From NCBI GenBank assembly GCA_049472315.1, contig JBLIRN010000036.1, forward strand, positions 1 through 31,377: a stretch of 31,377 nt of DNA. The letters are read 5' to 3'. Position numbers and translations under genes: made by a program. Positions within the stretch are counted from its first letter, which is position 1, and each line of letters begins with the position of its first letter. Source of the stretch: a bacterium. Lineage in GTDB: Bacteria > SZUA-182 > DTGQ01 > JAFGSM01. Below are positions 26,428-31,377 of this stretch, piece by piece. The notes beneath the pieces are model-generated. The model had not been told where the DNA came from. It was given only the letters and a program-made list of their open reading frames with translations, and searched no databases.

Positions 26428-26634
26428 TTATCCTTGATCCCTCTTTGCCTGAATCCTCTCACGGCAGACCGTCAGAAGACGTGCGATATCCCTTTTAACC
26501 TGTCTCACCCGGGCCTTGTTTTCCAACTGCCCGGTGGCAAGCTGATAGTTAAGCTTGAAGAGGTCCTCTCTCAAATCAGCCTCTTTATGGCTGAGCTCCT
26601 CGTCTGAAAGATCCCTGAACTCGTCTGCTCTCAT
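26428..26634 (-). CDS. rpmC: 50S ribosomal protein L29
   Basis: MRADEFRDLS...ATGQLEN...VKRDIARLLT. Confidence 0.95.
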   Translation of the reverse strand: MRADEFRDLSDEELSHKEADLREDLFKLNYQLATGQLENKARVRQVKRDIARLLTVCRERIQAKRDQG

Positions 26635-26647
26635 GCTGGTTCCTCTT

Positions 26648-27052
26648 CTAACGGTGGACAAATTTTGTTCTTACGGACAGCTTGTGCGAGGCCAGTCTCA
26701 TGGCCTCCCGTGCCTCATCAATGCCGATGCCTTCCATCTCGTAGAGTATCCTGCCCGGCTTGACCACTGCCACCCAGGTGTCGGGTGTAGCCTTGCCCTT
26801 GCCCATCCGTGTTTCTGCCGGTTTGTGTCCGATCGGCTTGTCAGGGAAGATGTTGATCCATATCTTCCCCCCCCTCTTTATGTAGCGGGTAATGGCAATT
26901 CGGGCGGCCTCGATCTGGCGGTTGGTTACCCATCCGGGGGTAAGGGCCTTGAGGCCGTAATCGCCGAAGTGAAGCTCATTCCCCCGTTGGGCCTTGCCCT
27001 TCATCTTCCCGCGTTGCTGCTTGCGATATTTAATCTTTTTTGGCATTAACAT
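26648..27052 (-). CDS. rplP: 50S ribosomal protein L16
   Basis: [32 protein letters not shown]. Confidence 0.98.
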   Translation of the reverse strand: MLMPKKIKYRKQQRGKMKGKAQRGNELHFGDYGLKALTPGWVTNRQIEAARIAITRYIKRGGKIWINIFPDKPIGHKPAETRMGKGKATPDTWVAVVKPGRILYEMEGIGIDEAREAMRLASHKLSVRTKFVHR

Positions 27053-27094
27053 AGTACGTTCTTCCTTCCGTCATACACCACACAAGAGGTCGTC

Positions 27095-27739
27095 CTACTG
27101 CTGGATCGACTGCTCGTGCGCAACCTCTCCCTTAAAGATCCACACCTTTACCCCGATACTTCCATAGGTGGTCTTGGAAACGGCGAATCCATAGTCAATG
27201 TCCGCCCGCAGGGTGTGCAGGGGAACCCTCCCCTCACGGTACCATTCCCTGCGCGCCATTTCCGCCGCGCCCAACCTGCCGGCGCACGCGATCTTGATAC
27301 CTTCTGCACCGAATCGCAAGGCCATGGAGACCCTCTTCTTCATAGCCCTGCGGAATGCCACCCGTTTCTCAAGCTGCATGGCGATATTTTCGGCCACCAA
27401 CTGCGCGTCAACCTCGGATTTCCGGATTTCCAGGATATTGATAAAGATCTGTCTTTTGATCATGCGCTGGATATCGTTTTTCAGTTTATCGACCTCGGTG
27501 CCCTTTTTCCCGATGATGATGCCAGGACGCGCGCTGTGAATATTGATCTTGATTCGGTCCGAGGCCCGTTCGATCTCCACCTTGGATACACCCGCACTCT
27601 TTAGCCGGTCACGGACGAATTTCCGGATTTCCAGATCCTCATGAAGAAATTGGGCATAGTCCTTCTTGGCGAACCACCGTGAGTCCCATGTCTTGATAAT
27701 CCCTAATCGTAATCCTATCGGATGTACCTTCTGTCCCAA
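27095..27739 (-). CDS. rpsC: 30S ribosomal protein S3
   Basis: [26 protein letters not shown]. Confidence 0.98.
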   Translation of the reverse strand: MGQKVHPIGLRLGIIKTWDSRWFAKKDYAQFLHEDLEIRKFVRDRLKSAGVSKVEIERASDRIKINIHSARPGIIIGKKGTEVDKLKNDIQRMIKRQIFINILEIRKSEVDAQLVAENIAMQLEKRVAFRRAMKKRVSMALRFGAEGIKIACAGRLGAAEMARREWYREGRVPLHTLRADIDYGFAVSKTTYGSIGVKVWIFKGEVAHEQSIQQ

Positions 27740-27759
27740 ATCGCTTCCTCCAATCCGGC

Positions 27760-28110
27760 TTAAGTGTTCCCCGTCGTTCTCAGGGTGATCCTGATGTGGT
27801 TGGTGCGTTTCAGGATCCTTCCCGCCCGTCCCCGTGCCTTGGGGATGAAACGTTTCAGGGTCGGACCCTGATTGGCAAAGATCTCTGCGATGTAAAGCTC
27901 CTCGAGGTTCGCATCCTTTGCATCCGGGAGTTGCTCTGCATTGGCATAGGCTGAACGGATGGCCTTGTGCACCAGCCGGGCAGACTTCTTGTTGGTAAAT
28001 TTGAGCAGGGTCAACGCCTCATCCACCCTTTTCCCCCGGACCAGATCCAGGATCGGTTTGAGTTTTGTTGACGATGTCCTAAGGTATTTTATGGTTGCTC
28101 GTGACTCCAT
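27760..28110 (-). CDS. rplV: 50S ribosomal protein L22
   Basis: [28 protein letters not shown]; between rpsS and rpsC. Confidence 0.95.
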   Translation of the reverse strand: MESRATIKYLRTSSTKLKPILDLVRGKRVDEALTLLKFTNKKSARLVHKAIRSAYANAEQLPDAKDANLEELYIAEIFANQGPTLKRFIPKARGRAGRILKRTNHIRITLRTTGNT

Positions 28111-28145
28111 CCTCGTATCCCTTTAAAAAACGGTGCGCTGTTTGC

Positions 28146-28430
28146 CTACTTGACCCGTGTCGCCTTCTCCGCCTTCGACCCGTGTCCCCTGAAGGTCCTG
28201 GTGGGGGCGAATTCCCCCAATTTGTGTCCGACCATGTTTTCCGTGACATAGACCGGGATAAACTTCTTCCCGTTGTGGACCGCAATGGTGTGGCCGACCA
28301 TTTCAGGGATAATGGTTGATCGCCGCGACCATGTTTTGATCACCTTGCGGTCCATGGTCTGATTCATCTGCTCGATCCTTGTCGCGAGGTGGTGATCAAT
28401 GAAAGGCCCTTTTTTCAGTGAACGTGCCAA
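28146..28430 (-). CDS. rpsS: 30S ribosomal protein S19
   Basis: [26 protein letters not shown]. Confidence 0.98.
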   Translation of the reverse strand: MARSLKKGPFIDHHLATRIEQMNQTMDRKVIKTWSRRSTIIPEMVGHTIAVHNGKKFIPVYVTENMVGHKLGEFAPTRTFRGHGSKAEKATRVK

Positions 28431-28443
28431 GACATGCCTCCCT

Positions 28444-29271
28444 CTACTTAGTGCCTCTGCGCTTTACAATGTAACGACCGGTTGTTTTGTTCTTTCTCGT
28501 CTTATACCCCTTGGTGGGTTTCCCCCATGGGGTGCAGGGATGGCGACCTCCGGATGACCTGCCTTCTCCTCCGCCCATGGGATGGTCGATGGGGTTCATG
28601 GCCACGCCTCGAACCGTAGGTCTGATGCCGAGCCACCGGGACCTGCCTGCCTTTCCGATCGATATGTTCGAATGCTCCACATTGCCTACCTGCCCTATGG
28701 TTGCCTTGCAATTCAGGTGGATCATCCTGACCTCGCTGGAATTGAGCTTTATCTGGCAGTAGTCCCCTTCCTTTGCAAGGATCTGTGCACCTGCCCCTGC
28801 GCTTCTGGCGATTTGTCCCCCCTTGTTCACCTTCATCTCGATGTTATGCACGATGGTCCCGAGGGGGATCTTGCGCAAGGGGAGGGCATTGCCCACCTCG
28901 ATCTCGGCGCCTTCCCCGGACAGCACCCGTTGACCGACCTGTAACCCAAGGGGGGCCAGGATATATCGCTTTTCCCCATCCGCATAGTGCAGAAGCGCGA
29001 TCCTGGCCGAGCGGTTCGGATCGTATTCGATGCTCGCGACCCGGGCGGGTACCCCATCCTTATCACGTTTGAAATCGATCATCCGGTATTTTCTCTTCTG
29101 CCCGCCCCCCTTGTGACGGCAGGTGATCCTTCCGTTCGAATTCCTCCCGCCGGTCTTGGAGATGCTCTTGGTGAGCGCCTTTTCCGGTTTTTCCTTGGTA
29201 ACCTCGTCAAAGGTGAAGCCTGTCCGAAAGCGCTGACTTGAGGTTACCGGCTTGTATGTTCTGATGCCCAT
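28444..29271 (-). CDS. rplB: 50S ribosomal protein L2
   Basis: [29 protein letters not shown]. Confidence 0.98.
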   Translation of the reverse strand: MGIRTYKPVTSSQRFRTGFTFDEVTKEKPEKALTKSISKTGGRNSNGRITCRHKGGGQKRKYRMIDFKRDKDGVPARVASIEYDPNRSARIALLHYADGEKRYILAPLGLQVGQRVLSGEGAEIEVGNALPLRKIPLGTIVHNIEMKVNKGGQIARSAGAGAQILAKEGDYCQIKLNSSEVRMIHLNCKATIGQVGNVEHSNISIGKAGRSRWLGIRPTVRGVAMNPIDHPMGGGEGRSSGGRHPCTPWGKPTKGYKTRKNKTTGRYIVKRRGTK

Positions 29272-29298
29272 ATCAAATCCCTTCAGATTTCCAGTCTG

Positions 29299-29589
29299 TT
29301 ATATACCCTCGACCACGTCGATCTTTTCGCCCTTTGCCAGGGTACAAACGGCCTTTTTCCAGTGGGACCGTCTCCCCTGGTGTACCCCGAGCCGTTTCTT
29401 TTTTCCCTCCATCCGGATCGAGTTTACCCGTACCACGTGACAATTGAAGATCTCGCTCACCGCCCTTGCAATCTCCGCCTTGGTGGCGGAGCGATCCACG
29501 ATAAAGGTGACCTTGCTGTATGCTTCGTTCATTTTATTGCTCTTTTCAGTCATGAACGGCACCTTGACTATTTCATACGGAGATTTCAT
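29299..29589 (-). CDS. rplW: 50S ribosomal protein L23
   Basis: TEKS, ATKAEI, WKKAVCTL. Confidence 0.95.
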   Translation of the reverse strand: MKSPYEIVKVPFMTEKSNKMNEAYSKVTFIVDRSATKAEIARAVSEIFNCHVVRVNSIRMEGKKKRLGVHQGRRSHWKKAVCTLAKGEKIDVVEGI

Positions 29590-30215
29590 GAACCGAGGAC
29601 CTCCTGCAACCGAGGTAATGCATGTTCCATGATGAGGAGCTTATGGTACCAGAGGAGGTCATAGACATTCAGCCCCTGTACGTCAAGTACCATAACCCCG
29701 GGGATATTGCGGCTGGCACGTTTGAGGTTCTCGTGGCCGCCGTCCACCAGGATCAGCACCCTCGAACCCCTTTCAAACCCGCACTCACGAAGGAATGCCG
29801 CAGCCAGGCGGGTCTTCCCCTCATCGAGATCAAAATCCTCCACCATAAGCACGTCCTGTTTTTGTGCCTTGAAACTCAGGGCGGATTTGAGGGCTCCCTT
29901 CCTGATCTTCTTGTTCACCTTGAATGAATAGTCCCTGGGCTGAGGTCCGAAAACGATCCCTCCGCCGACCCACAGGGGGGATCGTATGGTCCCGGCCCGT
30001 GCCCGACCCGTGCCCTTTTGACGCCAGGGCTTGATGCCGCCGCCGCTCACCGCGGACCTGTTCTTTGTCGCCGAGGTACCCCGCCGCCGCTTCGCCATCT
30101 GATAGCGCACCACATCATGGATGAGGTGTTCCTTCACCGGCGCAGCGAAGATGTCGTCGGGCAGGTCGACCTGAGTCGTCTGCTGACCGTTTCTGTCCAT
30201 TATATCGAGCTTCAT
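29586..30215 (-). CDS. rplD: 50S ribosomal protein L4
   Basis: [35 protein letters not shown] 30215 with GGAG RBS (alternative GTG 30230). Confidence 0.97.
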   Translation of the reverse strand: MKLDIMDRNGQQTTQVDLPDDIFAAPVKEHLIHDVVRYQMAKRRRGTSATKNRSAVSGGGIKPWRQKGTGRARAGTIRSPLWVGGGIVFGPQPRDYSFKVNKKIRKGALKSALSFKAQKQDVLMVEDFDLDEGKTRLAAAFLRECGFERGSRVLILVDGGHENLKRASRNIPGVMVLDVQGLNVYDLLWYHKLLIMEHALPRLQEVLGS

Positions 30216-30256
30216 TGCCACTCCATTCACACGACCAAATCGTTAAGTCATCGATC

Positions 30257-30562
30257 CTACAGCTTGATCTCCACATCGATACCGGCGGGAAGATCCAGAT
30301 GCATCAGTGCATCCACAGTCTGCGAGGTCGGCTCCAATATGTCCAGGATGCGTTTATGGGTTCGGATCTCGAACTGCTCCCTGGACTTTTTGTCAATGTG
30401 GGGCGACCGCAAGACGGTGTAACGTGTCTTTTGCGTGGGAAGGGGGATCGGTCCCGCCACCCGCGCCCCGGTACTCTTTGCCCGCTCTACGATCTCTCCG
30501 GCCGATTGATCCAAGATGTTGTGATCATAAGCCCGCAATCGAATTCTTATCCTTTGGCTCAT
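30257..30562 (-). CDS. rpsJ: 30S ribosomal protein S10
   Basis: [29 protein letters not shown]. Confidence 0.98.
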   Translation of the reverse strand: MSQRIRIRLRAYDHNILDQSAGEIVERAKSTGARVAGPIPLPTQKTRYTVLRSPHIDKKSREQFEIRTHKRILDILEPTSQTVDALMHLDLPAGIDVEIKL

Positions 30563-30687
30563 CGATAATCACTTCCTTCATGTACGGGGATACTTCAACC
30601 CCTGTTGTGCCTTCCATCCTGGTCGTGCCCGGTCCTGAAACAACATGTGATGTTGCCATTGGTTCGACAAGGATGTTTAACGACCTT

Positions 30688-31377
30688 TTACTCGATAATC
30701 TCGCTGACCACGCCGGCGCCGACAGTGCGGCCGCCCTCGCGGATGGCGAAACGCAGCTCCTTTTCCATGGCGATAGGGGTGATCAACTCGGCGCTGATGC
30801 GGGTGTTGTCGCCGGGCATGATCATCTCGGTGCCCTCCGGAAGATGGACGGTGCCGGTCACGTCCGTGGTCCGGAAATAGAACTGGGGGCGATACCCGTC
30901 AAAGAACGGGGTGTGCCGTCCGCCTTCCTCCTTGGTCAGCACGTAGACCTCAGCCTTGAACTTGGTGTGGGGGGTGATGCTGCCCGGCTTGGCCAGCACC
31001 ATGCCGCGCTCCACCTCCTCGCGCTTCGTGCCCCGCAGGAGCACCCCGATGTTGTCGCCCGCCTGCCCCTCATCGAGCAGCTTCCTGAACATCTCCACCC
31101 CGGTGGCCACCGTCTTTTGCGTGGGCCTGAGACCCACCAGCTCCACCTCGTCGCTGACCTTGATTATGCCGCGATCCACACGCCCCGTGGCCACGGTCCC
31201 GCGGCCGGAAATGGTGAACACGTCCTCCACCGGCATCAGGAAGGGCTTGTCGATGTCGCGCTGGGGGGTGGGGATGTAGCTGTCCACCGCATCCAGCAGC
31301 TCGAAGATGCACTTGGTCTCCTCCGCATCGGGATTTCCGCTCTCCAACGCCTTGAGGGCGGAGCCCCGGATGATGGG
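30688..31377 (-). CDS. tuf: Elongation factor Tu, C-terminal part (5' end outside window)
   Basis: [50 protein letters not shown]. Confidence 0.98.
   Translation of the reverse strand, partial: PIIRGSALKALESGNPDAEETKCIFELLDAVDSYIPTPQRDIDKPFLMPVEDVFTISGRGTVATGRVDRGIIKVSDEVELVGLRPTQKTVATGVEMFRKLLDEGQAGDNIGVLLRGTKREEVERGMVLAKPGSITPHTKFKAEVYVLTKEEGGRHTPFFDGYRPQFYFRTTDVTGTVHLPEGTEMIMPGDNTRISAELITPIAMEKELRFAIREGGRTVGAGVVSEIIE

Noticed and set aside
1..31377. tRNA/rRNA genes, transposases, integrases, known riboswitches
   Set aside because: None recognisable by eye; an Infernal/Rfam scan would be needed to exclude ncRNAs in 1-300 and 2208-3252.

Overview
Bacterial chromosomal window with two parts. 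RIGHT (13.5-31.4 kb, minus strand): the S10-spc-alpha ribosomal super-operon, running from a partial tuf through rpsJ, rplD...secY, adk, map, infA, rpmJ, rpsM, rpsK, rpsD, rpoA and rplQ, followed by two ECF-type ATPases. It shows three anomalies: rplC (L3) is absent from its usual place between rpsJ and rplD, no ecfT follows the ecfA pair, and a nested heptamer/68-bp tandem repeat lies between infA and rpmJ. LEFT (0-13.5 kb): an accessory region. It holds (i) two divergent genes for predicted secreted proteins, one built of 61 uninterrupted C-P-x-x-x-T-x heptads and one Trp/Pro-rich and nearly uncharged, and (ii) a compact signalling module. The module has a REC-PAS-PAS histidine kinase and a sigma54 activator with three tandem Fis-type HTH domains. 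These are followed by 20-bp-phased palindromic candidate enhancers and a -24/-12 promoter ahead of two GvpL/GvpF-like genes, a REC-kinase and a FliA/WhiG sigma factor. Two tandem CxxC-bearing stand-alone receivers each have a sigma28-like promoter. The inferred sigma54-to-sigma28 cascade, with no flagellar or gvpA genes in the window, is the best candidate for an undescribed system. All calls come from reading the sequence by eye; no searches were run, and the organism was not identified.
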